Source: Candidatus Poribacteria bacterium (GTDB taxonomy: Bacteria; Poribacteria; WGA-4E; WGA-3G). From it: a DNA stretch of 64,000 nt. Numbering within the stretch: the stretch's first letter is position 1; each line of letters starts with the position of its first letter. Shown piece after piece: positions 48,503 through 57,803 of the stretch. The DNA is taken from contig OZ219753.1 of the NCBI GenBank assembly GCA_964291315.2, positions 3,072,001 through 3,136,000 of the forward strand. The letters are read 5' to 3'. Both the position numbers and the translations under genes were made by a program. The notes beneath the pieces were generated by a model. That model saw only the letters and a program-made list of their open reading frames with translations. It was not told the DNA's origin and ran no database searches.

Positions 48503-49085
48503 ATTTTAACTTCGCCTCCAATCGGATTTTTGTCATGACATCGCCTATTGATAAATGATCAACGACATCCATCCCTTGAATTACACCACCAAAGGTAGTG
48601 TATTGACCATCAAGATGGGGTTGGGGTTTGAAGCAAATGTAGAATTGGCTCCCGGCTGAATTCGGTGTGTTTGCCCGAGCCATCGCCACGGTGCCTCTGA
48701 GATGTGGACGTTGGTTTGGACTCGTATACTCGTCAACGATATTCCAACCGGGACCACCTGTTCCATCGCCTTTCGGACATCCTCCCTGAATAATATTCAG
48801 ACCGGGCGCGTTGACCTTCCTATGAAATGTCAATCCATCATAGAACTTTAGATTAATCAGCTTAATGAAATTATTCACTGCCACCGGGGCAGCGTCGGGA
48901 TAAAACTCAAACACAAATATACCTTTGTCAGTTGTGACAACCGCTACCTGCTCTTCAGGCGTTAGATTTCGATTGAAAGGTAGCGCACAGCCGACTATGG
49001 TTATGAACACAAGTAGAAGCGCCAAAATTCCATAGAATGAACTTCGACGTGAAAATTGTAAGCGTAGATAATAAGCAGTTTTCAT
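48480..49085 (-). CDS. Cyclophilin-type peptidyl-prolyl isomerase (lipoprotein)
   Basis: FYDGLTFHR, IQGG, AMAR, GSQFYI, HLDGQYTTFG; IVGC lipobox. Confidence 0.93.
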   Translation of the reverse strand: MKTAYYLRLQFSRRSSFYGILALLLVFITIVGCALPFNRNLTPEEQVAVVTTDKGIFVFEFYPDAAPVAVNNFIKLINLKFYDGLTFHRKVNAPGLNIIQGGCPKGDGTGGPGWNIVDEYTSPNQRPHLRGTVAMARANTPNSAGSQFYICFKPQPHLDGQYTTFGGVIQGMDVVDHLSIGDVMTKIRLEAKLKYVKATTE

Positions 49086-49107
49086 CTAACTTCCTTTGCT
49101 CTGCAGG

Positions 49108-49860
49108 CTAGTCGGTTTTCAGACTTGCCCAGACAGTTGTCAATCTGTCATGAAGATCGACGTACAAACTGACAGGTTCTGCCATATCTCTGAGCATTTC
49201 TTCCTTAGTTAAGGCGTAATTATAGATCTTAATTTCGTCAAGGGCTCCTGTAAGAAACCGCCCACTCCCACCGCGCGCGCCGATAAAAAGCGGGTCATTG
49301 TTCGGTTTCAGTTCTCCCTTACACGGCATGTCCGCTTCGAGTTCGCCATCGATGTAGAGCATGATATCGTCACCATCCCATATACCAACGAGAAAATGCC
49401 ATTCGCCATCCTGGATACTCGGACCGATGTTATCGTCGTTACACACATCAGGTAAATCGAAAAACTGCAGAATTGTCCCCCCGTTGTAAAGCGGAGCAAG
49501 ATTATATAAACCCGAAATCCAAGCGCTTCCTTTTTCAACACCACTCTGAATTGCTTCGCCACCTTTGACAAGTGCCCACAACTCAATAGTGATTGCATCA
49601 ACGATATCGAGACTTGAATGGTCCGGAATTTGCCCGGAGGTTTTGCCGTCAAATTCCAAGGCCTGTCCAAACACGCCTTCAATTAATTTCGGACTGCCTT
49701 TAAAGGTAGCATCGTTACCGAATTCCGACAAATCTTTTGCAACCTCCCCCTCCATTTCGTCAAAGGAAAGATGTAATACCAAATCTTGGGCATCACATAG
49801 GGCTGTGATCCCGATTAAAACAAAAGAAAAAATCAGCCAGATGACAGAAGTCTTTTTCAT
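49108..49860 (-). CDS. Secreted LamG/concanavalin-like protein
   Basis: GVFGQALEFDG, WHFLVGIWDG..LYIDG, LDEIKIYNYALT. Confidence 0.9.
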   Translation of the reverse strand: MKKTSVIWLIFSFVLIGITALCDAQDLVLHLSFDEMEGEVAKDLSEFGNDATFKGSPKLIEGVFGQALEFDGKTSGQIPDHSSLDIVDAITIELWALVKGGEAIQSGVEKGSAWISGLYNLAPLYNGGTILQFFDLPDVCNDDNIGPSIQDGEWHFLVGIWDGDDIMLYIDGELEADMPCKGELKPNNDPLFIGARGGSGRFLTGALDEIKIYNYALTKEEMLRDMAEPVSLYVDLHDRLTTVWASLKTD

Positions 49861-50149
49861 TTTCTTCCTCCTTGCTAAGAGAGTTAATTGGCTGTACTAT
49901 TTTGCTCAAGAGAATTATAAGCAACCTCTTTTTAGATGTCAATCAAAATCTAAATTCCCTAAACAGTTAATATAACTTTAATAATAGCAAGTGTGAAAAA
50001 AAAAAGCAAGGATTTTCAACACCAAGGTCATTTTTAAGGATGGCTTGACGCGAAGCGTTTTAATTGATATGATATAATAGTGATAGCGTAGTAAATCTAA
50101 GGTATTACTTTTAACTAGAAGAATATAAGGTAGAATATAAGGGGTAATT

Positions 50150-52198
50150 ATGCATGAACTAACGATCCAAGGAGAGCTGCATACAAATTCAGTTGGCATG
50201 CAGCTCGTCAGGATCGAACCCGGTACTTTTACCATGGGATCGGAGAACGCAGCCTTATCAGATGAGTTGATAGACGGAAAATCGCATCTCCGCGACGGCG
50301 ACTGGGACGAGAAACCGGTACACAAGGTAACGCTGACCACCCCGTTCTATATCGGTACTTTGCAGGTTACCAACGCGCAGTATGAGGAATTTCAACCTGA
50401 ACACAGTGAAATCCGTGGGAAACTCGGCTTTTCGCGGGATGATGATGAAGCGGTTGTATTTGTGGATTGGCACGATGCAACACATTTCTGCAATTGGCTT
50501 TCTGAAAAGGAAGGTCTCCCTTATCGACTTCCGACCGAAGCCGAATGGGAGTACGTCTGCCGAGCGGGTACCACAACCCATTTCCATACCGGTGCCACTT
50601 TACCTTCTGAATTTCAGAAAAACGTCGGTGAGAGTTGGTACCCGGATGCTGGCCGAAGCCGCGGCACATCAGAAGTGATACCTCTGCATGTCGGACAGAC
50701 CCCACCCAATGCTTGGGGAGTATACGATATGCACGGAAACGTAGAGGAATGGTGCCAGGATTGGTATGGCGCTTACGAATCACGTTCACAGATTGACCCT
50801 GTGGGTGCAGAAACAGGTCTGTATCGCGTTACGCGCGGCGGTAGTCATTCGACACTGCTCTGTTATTTACGTTCTGCCAATCGGATGGCAGCAGTACCTG
50901 AAGATAAACACTGGTACATTGGGTTTCGAGTCGTTTGTGGTGAAATGCCTCGAACACTGCCTACACCTGCCCCGAAAATCGCATTGTGGGGACGTAACGT
51001 TAAACAGGAACGTGCAAGTGTACCCGCGCCAGAAGCACCTTACTTCGCGGAACCGATACCTTATATCAAAATCCCTGCAGGTTCAAATGGCCCCCTCTTT
51101 TCAGCGCACAACCACGTTCCAGCAATCACTGAATGTTCAAACGGTGACATGTTCGCGGCATGGTACTCCTGTGTGACAGAGCGCGGCCGCGAACTAACAG
51201 TCGCTGCAAGTCGGCTACGCTCTGGCAAAAAGGAATGGGATGCCGCTGAACCTTTCTGGGGGTCACCCGATCGGAACAATCACGCAACCGCACTCTGGCG
51301 GCACGAGAATGGACGGATTTATCATTTCAACGGACTATCTGCGGCGGCGACGTGGGGGCCCTTGGCGTTGGTGATACGCTATTCTGATGATAACGGCGCG
51401 ACGTGGTCGAAACCACGCTTCATTTCGCCGGAACATAGACTCCGACACATGCCGATTACCTCTGTCTTCCGGCGGCATAACGGTTCTATACTTCTCGCTT
51501 GTGATGCGGTGAGCGGTGGAAACGGAGGCACTGCTATATGGCTCAGCGACGATGATGGAGAAACGTGGAACGATCCAGGTGAAGGACAACCTATCCCCGA
51601 ATTCGAGGAAGGGAAAACCGGGGGGTGGATTGCTGGTATACACGCTGCTGTCGTTGAACTCACAGACGGGAGGTTAATGGCTTACGGCCGCGGTGACACT
51701 ATTAATGGACAGATGCCGAAAAGCATTTCTGAAGATGATGGCAAAACGTGGTGCTATAGTGCAAGCCAATTCCCCGTTCTTTCGGGCGGACAACGCTGCA
51801 TCCTTTTACGGCTGCAAGAGGGACCGATCTTCTTTGCGTCGTTCACAGGTGATCGGAGAGAACTACCACCTATGCCGATCGTCGATGCGTCTGGAAACGA
51901 ACGTCTCGTTACAGGACTCTTTTGTGCTTTGTCCTACGACGATGGCGAAACATGGGTATATATCCGTCCGGTTACAGACGACGGCGCAGAGCGAGAGATT
52001 CAAACGATGGATGGTCGGACGTTCACAATGGGATTAAACAGTGCCGAACCGAGCGGTTACCTCGCTGCCTGCCAAGGGGAAAACAGAATTATCCATCTCA
52101 TTAGCAGCCGTCAACACTATAGGTTCAACCTTGCTTGGCTGCAAAAACCACCGCCATCGGAAGCAAAAAAAATAACACCCTATGCCCATAACGTGTAG
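50150..52198 (+). CDS. FGE/SUMF1 domain fused to a BNR/sialidase-like domain
   Basis: RLPTEAEWEY, DMHGNVEEW; Asp-boxes SDDNGATW, SDDDGETW, SEDDGKTW, SYDDGETW. Confidence 0.9.
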   Translation: MHELTIQGELHTNSVGMQLVRIEPGTFTMGSENAALSDELIDGKSHLRDGDWDEKPVHKVTLTTPFYIGTLQVTNAQYEEFQPEHSEIRGKLGFSRDDDEAVVFVDWHDATHFCNWLSEKEGLPYRLPTEAEWEYVCRAGTTTHFHTGATLPSEFQKNVGESWYPDAGRSRGTSEVIPLHVGQTPPNAWGVYDMHGNVEEWCQDWYGAYESRSQIDPVGAETGLYRVTRGGSHSTLLCYLRSANRMAAVPEDKHWYIGFRVVCGEMPRTLPTPAPKIALWGRNVKQERASVPAPEAPYFAEPIPYIKIPAGSNGPLFSAHNHVPAITECSNGDMFAAWYSCVTERGRELTVAASRLRSGKKEWDAAEPFWGSPDRNNHATALWRHENGRIYHFNGLSAAATWGPLALVIRYSDDNGATWSKPRFISPEHRLRHMPITSVFRRHNGSILLACDAVSGGNGGTAIWLSDDDGETWNDPGEGQPIPEFEEGKTGGWIAGIHAAVVELTDGRLMAYGRGDTINGQMPKSISEDDGKTWCYSASQFPVLSGGQRCILLRLQEGPIFFASFTGDRRELPPMPIVDASGNERLVTGLFCALSYDDGETWVYIRPVTDDGAEREIQTMDGRTFTMGLNSAEPSGYLAACQGENRIIHLISSRQHYRFNLAWLQKPPPSEAKKITPYAHNV

Positions 52199-52297
52199 AG
52201 GAAACACGCAGCCTATCCGTTTGAAACATTGATGACGAATTGCTCTGTTTTTTCAATGATGTTATGCTAACCGAACACCAGCGATAAGGAATTGACA

Positions 52298-53188
52298 ATG
52301 AAACTCCCATTTTTACATCAAGAAGTAGAAGTCCAGATCGATCTGCGCGAAAGCAACGACATTCTTGACAATCCTGATGCTTTAAAAGAAAGGATAGCAG
52401 CAGACGGCTATCTCCTGATTCGTGGGTTACATGACAAAGAGGCTATCCTCGCGGCGCGGTGCCAAATTTTGGAGAGACTCACAGCAAAAGGTATGCTCGC
52501 CCCGCATACGTCTTTGATGGACGGTATTTTTAATCGGGACTACCCCGACCCAACATCTACGGGGTCAATGGGCAATAAGGCATTGACGCAGCTGCCATTA
52601 TTCAAAGAAGTCGTTGAGGGGCAACCTATCATGAGCTTTTTTAGGCACTTCCTCGGCGGCGAAACGTGCACCTTCGATTTCAAATGGCTACGCACAGCAG
52701 GACCGGGGGCCGGTTCTCCTATTCATTACGACATTGTCTTTATGGGTAGAGGCACACAAAACCTCTATTCCTGTTGGACCCCTTTTGGGGATATATCGCT
52801 TGATATGGGGCCTATTGTTTTCTGCCTCGGCTCTCACAAATTCGCAAAGGTCAAAGCAACTTATGGACAAGCAGACGTTGATCGAGATCTCATTGAAGGG
52901 CATTTCAGCGACAATCCGCTTGAAGTTGTCGAGAAATTCGGAGGCCACTGGGCAACAACGACATTTTCAGCGGGCGATGTTATCATTTTCAGTATGTTCT
53001 TGATGCACGCTTCGCTTGTCAACACATCCAATAAGATTCGAATAACGGCAGACACGCGTTATCAACTTGCGATCGAACCAATTGATGAACGTTGGATTGG
53101 AAAGCAACCAAAGGGGCACTATGCTTGGAAACAGGATGGCACACAGATTGAATCTTTAGAAGAATCCCGGCAACGCTGGGGGGTTTAA
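52298..53188 (+). CDS. PhyH-family Fe(II)/2OG dioxygenase
   Basis: HYD, GDVIIF..MHAS..N....R. Confidence 0.9.
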   Translation: MKLPFLHQEVEVQIDLRESNDILDNPDALKERIAADGYLLIRGLHDKEAILAARCQILERLTAKGMLAPHTSLMDGIFNRDYPDPTSTGSMGNKALTQLPLFKEVVEGQPIMSFFRHFLGGETCTFDFKWLRTAGPGAGSPIHYDIVFMGRGTQNLYSCWTPFGDISLDMGPIVFCLGSHKFAKVKATYGQADVDRDLIEGHFSDNPLEVVEKFGGHWATTTFSAGDVIIFSMFLMHASLVNTSNKIRITADTRYQLAIEPIDERWIGKQPKGHYAWKQDGTQIESLEESRQRWGV

Positions 53189-53264
53189 AGCTTTCATCTA
53201 CTATTACATACACTTGTAGGCGAGATTTCGAAATCCCCGCCCTCCTATCCAAACAACATCTATT

Positions 53265-54371
53265 ATGACTGAAAAAACAAAAGATATGCATAACGATTCA
53301 ATCACAAATAACACTCCTACAACGCCTAAAACCAACAAACCCAATCTATTCCTCCCCTTGCTCTTCGTTTTACTTTGTGCTTTTGGGATCGGCTTCGGTA
53401 TTAGGTATTACAAAGGTAGCCATGAGGCGACAATTGAAGGTGCCTGGGAGGTCTACTTTAGCGAAGTCAATGCGGGTGTTAATCATTATTCTCTTGAAAA
53501 ACGGCTTGTTGCGCGACTGTCTAACGCTGAGGAACGGATTGATGCTGCGCTCTATCACCTGAGTGCTGCACCGGTAGCCAATGCGTTGATCGAAGCACAT
53601 CACCGTGGGGTACAGGTGCGGATAGTCACTGAAACAGATAACATGGATGAGGAAGAAATTGGCCAGTTGCAGGAAGTCGGTATTCCGATTGCCGATGATG
53701 GAGATCCGGATAGCTATATGCATCACAAATTTATTGTGATTGATGAACGATATGTCTGGACAGGTTCCTATAACACCACCTACAACGGCGCCTACAAGAA
53801 CAACAACAATGTCATATTGATCGACTCAGTCCGGCTTGCATACAACTTCACGCAGGAATTCCGGGAACTGTTCCTCCGGGAACAGGTTGGAAAACCTTTT
53901 GATAGGTATATGACTTACCCACACGTGACACTGAACGATGGCACAGAGATTTTTACCTATTTCTCACCACACACCGACACGATCCGGCCCTTGCTTGAGA
54001 CGATCCGGTCGGCGAAGACATCAATCCACTTTATGGCTTTTTCGTTTACGCATGATATGATCGGCGGTGCGATACGTAACCGCTTTGAATCAGGTGTTGA
54101 CGTACAAGGGGTCTTTGAGAGCAGACAAGTCGACGATCGATACTCCGAATATAACGCCATGAAGGATGCACGGATCCCAGTTAGCTTGGACGAAAATAGA
54201 GGAGCTATGCACCACAAGGTGATTGTGATTGATGGAGAGACGGTGATAACGGGGTCGTATAACTTCTCAAAAAATGCAGAAAATAACAACAATGAAAACC
54301 TTTTGATTATCAAAGGGAATAGGGAGATTGCAGCGGCATATTTAGCGGAATTTGAACGGATAGTGCGTTAG
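53265..54371 (+). CDS. Phospholipase D/nuclease family protein (two HKD motifs), membrane-anchored
   Basis: MHHKFIVID..TGSYN and MHHKVIVID..TGSYN. Confidence 0.92.
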   Translation: MTEKTKDMHNDSITNNTPTTPKTNKPNLFLPLLFVLLCAFGIGFGIRYYKGSHEATIEGAWEVYFSEVNAGVNHYSLEKRLVARLSNAEERIDAALYHLSAAPVANALIEAHHRGVQVRIVTETDNMDEEEIGQLQEVGIPIADDGDPDSYMHHKFIVIDERYVWTGSYNTTYNGAYKNNNNVILIDSVRLAYNFTQEFRELFLREQVGKPFDRYMTYPHVTLNDGTEIFTYFSPHTDTIRPLLETIRSAKTSIHFMAFSFTHDMIGGAIRNRFESGVDVQGVFESRQVDDRYSEYNAMKDARIPVSLDENRGAMHHKVIVIDGETVITGSYNFSKNAENNNNENLLIIKGNREIAAAYLAEFERIVR

Positions 54372-55543
54372 TGTTTCTCACCTAAGGTTACGACATGATG
54401 TCGTTCTGCCCCGTTTCTACTGATTTTAAGTTTAACTTTCGTTTGAGGTCGCTTGGTTGCGACACATCGTAATAGATCGGCATAGGAACGTACAGACGTT
54501 TTGTCAAATTCAAGGATCACATCATTGGGTAATAGTCCGCCTTTGTATGCTGGGCTATCCTCAATCACGTGGGTAACATAGAGCCCCCATGTGCCTATGT
54601 CGACCTCAACGCCGAGCCAACCGCGCGCCACCCTTCCGTGTACTATAATCTCTTTAGCAACCGTGTGAACTGTCTCTATCGGCATAGCAAAGGTGATCTC
54701 TTGATTACGGATTCTTAGCGGGGACGGTTGTACAAGAAATTGTGTGATGTCTATATTGTCTTGTTCCTCAAACAACATATTAGCTAGTGCATCAGTGCGA
54801 ATTGGCTCTGTCATGACAGCAAGTATCATTCCAATGATCTCTCCTGATGTATTGACGACAGCTCCACCGCTGTTGCCGGGCGTGACGGCTGCGTTGATTT
54901 TGATTAATTCCGCGCACAGTTGATCTGGCAAGATGTCCCATCCAGCAACGATTCCGAACGAGATAATTGGACTGTGTCCGTAAGAGCTTCCTATCGTCAC
55001 GGCCCATGAACCGGTGTTAATCTTTGAAGAGTCTCCCCATTTGATGCCAGGTTGCATCGTTTTGGGAACCTTTGAAGATGTGGATCCGGGGCCTGGGTCC
55101 ACGGCGCGAATTATCGCAATATCGGTAAGTGTATCCGTACCGATCAATTTCGCTGAATATATCTCTCCGTTACTAAAAACAACCTCAAGTTTGTTTGGGG
55201 CTTCTATCTCAAAAATGGTTGTTGCGACGTGTCCAGCGGTGTCAATCAAGATACCCGAACCGATATCTTGACGGATGAGGCTTGACCTCTTAAGGTTCGG
55301 CTGGAACGGTACCGAATTAACCTGTGTCGCTACTACTTTGACAACTGCAGGCTGGGCACTGGCGACTATCTTCTGAAAATCCCTTTCGAACATCTGTAGG
55401 ACATTTTCTTTTGAAAAACTAAACGGAATTGCATAGAATAGTAGAGCGAGCAATCCGATTACCAATTGCCATATACGTCGCTCATCATAGGGAAAGAGTG
55501 CTATACGCGCACTCGGGCGGTGTTTTAAGTCTTTCGCGTGCAT
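54368..55543 (-). CDS. HtrA/DegP-like trypsin + PDZ protein
   Basis: GSGILID, TDIAII, PGNSGG, RGWLGV PDZ. Confidence 0.88.
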   Translation of the reverse strand: MHAKDLKHRPSARIALFPYDERRIWQLVIGLLALLFYAIPFSFSKENVLQMFERDFQKIVASAQPAVVKVVATQVNSVPFQPNLKRSSLIRQDIGSGILIDTAGHVATTIFEIEAPNKLEVVFSNGEIYSAKLIGTDTLTDIAIIRAVDPGPGSTSSKVPKTMQPGIKWGDSSKINTGSWAVTIGSSYGHSPIISFGIVAGWDILPDQLCAELIKINAAVTPGNSGGAVVNTSGEIIGMILAVMTEPIRTDALANMLFEEQDNIDITQFLVQPSPLRIRNQEITFAMPIETVHTVAKEIIVHGRVARGWLGVEVDIGTWGLYVTHVIEDSPAYKGGLLPNDVILEFDKTSVRSYADLLRCVATKRPQTKVKLKISRNGAERHHVVTLGEKH

Positions 55544-55644
55544 ACGTTTATCATCCTTCGGCTGTTAGTTGCGAGTGGTTGACAGTTGCGAAGCTTATTG
55601 TCTGCCATAAAAACTTTACCGATAGCCGTTTGCCAATTGCTATT

Positions 55645-56241
55645 TCAAAGTCCACCGCGTGTAGAAACGGTGGTATAGCTCACCTGTTTTAAGACATAGT
55701 GCTGCTGCATCGGTTGTCTCGATGTTGAGCTAACACCGCCAGGTAAAAACGGATCGGCATTTTGCACCTCGCGCTGTGCATCTGTGGGCGATGCAACAGG
55801 CGGAAGACCAACTCGGGACGGTTCGGAGGCTGGGGTTACCACGACAGCAGACTGAGAGTTTTGATCGGATAGGTTTCCGTTTTGGTAGAGGTAGCCGCCA
55901 ACGGTGGTGATAAGGATCAAGGCAAGAGTACCACTGAATGCCCATTTCGGACGGCGGAGTCTGTCTTGCAGTCGATGCCAACCTGTTGTGATAATTTCCT
56001 TAATACCCCCGAACTCGCGCCGTTCCTCAGCTAGTTGTTGCATCAACTTAGGTATAAAGTCCGGAGACGGTTCAATCTGCGGCAATCGCTGTGCAGCTTT
56101 AACAACCTCCTGAAATTGGGCATATTCGTGCTGGCACGCTTTACACGCTGTGAGATGTGTCTCAAAGCGCTGCAATGCCTGATAATCAAGTGTATCTTCA
56201 AGGTAGGCAGAAAAGTGTGCAGCAGCCTGTAAGCAATTCAT
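55645..56241 (-). CDS. Anti-sigma factor (zf-HC2 + TM)
   Basis: MNC..HLTACKAC; one TM helix. Confidence 0.88.
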   Translation of the reverse strand: MNCLQAAAHFSAYLEDTLDYQALQRFETHLTACKACQHEYAQFQEVVKAAQRLPQIEPSPDFIPKLMQQLAEERREFGGIKEIITTGWHRLQDRLRRPKWAFSGTLALILITTVGGYLYQNGNLSDQNSQSAVVVTPASEPSRVGLPPVASPTDAQREVQNADPFLPGGVSSTSRQPMQQHYVLKQVSYTTVSTRGGL

Positions 56242-56259
56242 ACATTACTCCCGTAAACA

Positions 56260-56862
56260 TCAAATAAAGGATTTTAACTTATCTTTAAGCATGAGGCGGG
56301 CGCGATTGATCCTGGATTTCGTCGTACCGCTTCGAAGTTCAAGCACATCACTAATTTCGTCATAACTAAGCCCTTGCAAATCTCGAAGGACGAGCGGAAC
56401 CCTGTATTTTTCTGGTAGTTCCGCAATTGCTGCTTGGATAGCGTCTTGCAACTCCTTACGTTCAAGGGCGACCTCCGGTTGAGAAGAAGGGTCAGCAGAT
56501 GCGGTCTCAATTAAGTCAATCTGTGCGGTGTCTTCGCCTTCGCTATTCACAACGTTATCGACTCTGTATCGATCACGACGTCCTCGATTTCGCAGTTCAT
56601 TTTTGCAGAGGTTCTTAGCAATATGATACATCCACGTTTTAAAATGTGCGCGTCCAGGCTTATAACGTCGCGCAGCTTTAAAAATACGGATAAATGTTTC
56701 CTGTGCCAAATCTTCGGCACTATCTCTATCATTGATGAACCGAGCAATGAAATTGATAAGCGGCTGCTGATGCCGACGCACGAGAAGCGTAAACGCATTT
56801 TCATCGCCTGCTCGGTAGCGTTCCATTAATTCATCATCTAATTCATCATCTAATTCAGGCAT
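56260..56862 (-). CDS. ECF sigma factor (SigE/SigW-like)
   Basis: AEDLAQETF, FKTWMYHIAKN, GLSYDEI..GTTKSRINRAR; GGAGG before ATG 56862. Confidence 0.93.
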   Translation of the reverse strand: MPELDDELDDELMERYRAGDENAFTLLVRRHQQPLINFIARFINDRDSAEDLAQETFIRIFKAARRYKPGRAHFKTWMYHIAKNLCKNELRNRGRRDRYRVDNVVNSEGEDTAQIDLIETASADPSSQPEVALERKELQDAIQAAIAELPEKYRVPLVLRDLQGLSYDEISDVLELRSGTTKSRINRARLMLKDKLKSFI

Positions 56863-56888
56863 CAAGAGCCTCCGGAGGTGCTTGCCTA

Positions 56889-56928
56889 TAATATACACCA
56901 AACCGTAGATTTAGTTGCAGATTTTTTT
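56889..56928 (-). promoter_or_regulatory. Putative autoregulated ECF promoter
   Basis: AAAAAAATCTGCAAC-N15-GTGTATATTA just upstream of the sigma RBS. Confidence 0.55.
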
Positions 56929-57215
56929 GATCGGACGAAGATAGCAAATTTAGCGTCTATAAAAATTGCCAATTTCTGAAAGGTGAGGAAACTAACGCCC
57001 TAACCACTGAACGGTTCCAAGCTTGACCACAAAATAGATTTCGTGTATCATTATTTTTGTAGCGATCCGCTATCAGATCGCTATACTTTCAGTTGTCATC
57101 TAAGGGGGCATTGTAGCTCTTGAAAACCGTTGTAATACCGACAAGAGTTGCTGATGACTAGCAGCTATCGCTCTAACTACCGAAGGTTAACAGCTATGAA
57201 CCAATGGAGGCTTAT

Positions 57216-57785
57216 ATGTTTGATCAGGTTTTACGAGAAGTTGAGGCACAATGTAGAGAGGAAAGAATCCCGATGTTAGGTCCTGAAAAGGCGAAATTTC
57301 TCGCTGCTTGGGTCGAAAAGACAAAACCGTCTCTCATTGTCGAATGTGGAACTGCTATCGGTTATTCTGGATTATGGATGCTGCGTGTTCTAAAGACTAT
57401 CGGTACTGGACGTTTAATAACGATAGAAATAGATGCCGATCGAGCCGCCCAAGCGCGCACAAATTTTAAACGTGCCCGATTAGCAGACCTTGTCGATTCA
57501 CACATCGGGGATGCCCAAGAAGTCCTCAAAAGCATTCAGATCCCTGTCGATTTTCTACTCCTTGACAATAACTTCGATAACTATTTTCCGTGCTTTCAGG
57601 CAATTGAATCACGGCTAACAAATCCGGCAACTGTTTTGGCAGACAACGTTGGCATTGGTGCAGAGTCAATGGCAGATTATCTAACATACGTCCGCGATCG
57701 TTATGAATCTGAAACTCATTGGTTTGATATCGACTTGCCGTGGGTAAAACAGGATGCGATCGAAGCCAGCATCTACCGCCGTTAG
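57216..57785 (+). CDS. O-methyltransferase (COMT/YrrM-like)
   Basis: VECGTAIGYSG, LADNV. Confidence 0.9.
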   Translation: MFDQVLREVEAQCREERIPMLGPEKAKFLAAWVEKTKPSLIVECGTAIGYSGLWMLRVLKTIGTGRLITIEIDADRAAQARTNFKRARLADLVDSHIGDAQEVLKSIQIPVDFLLLDNNFDNYFPCFQAIESRLTNPATVLADNVGIGAESMADYLTYVRDRYESETHWFDIDLPWVKQDAIEASIYRR

Positions 57786-57803
57786 TTGAGGAGTACACCG
57801 TAT

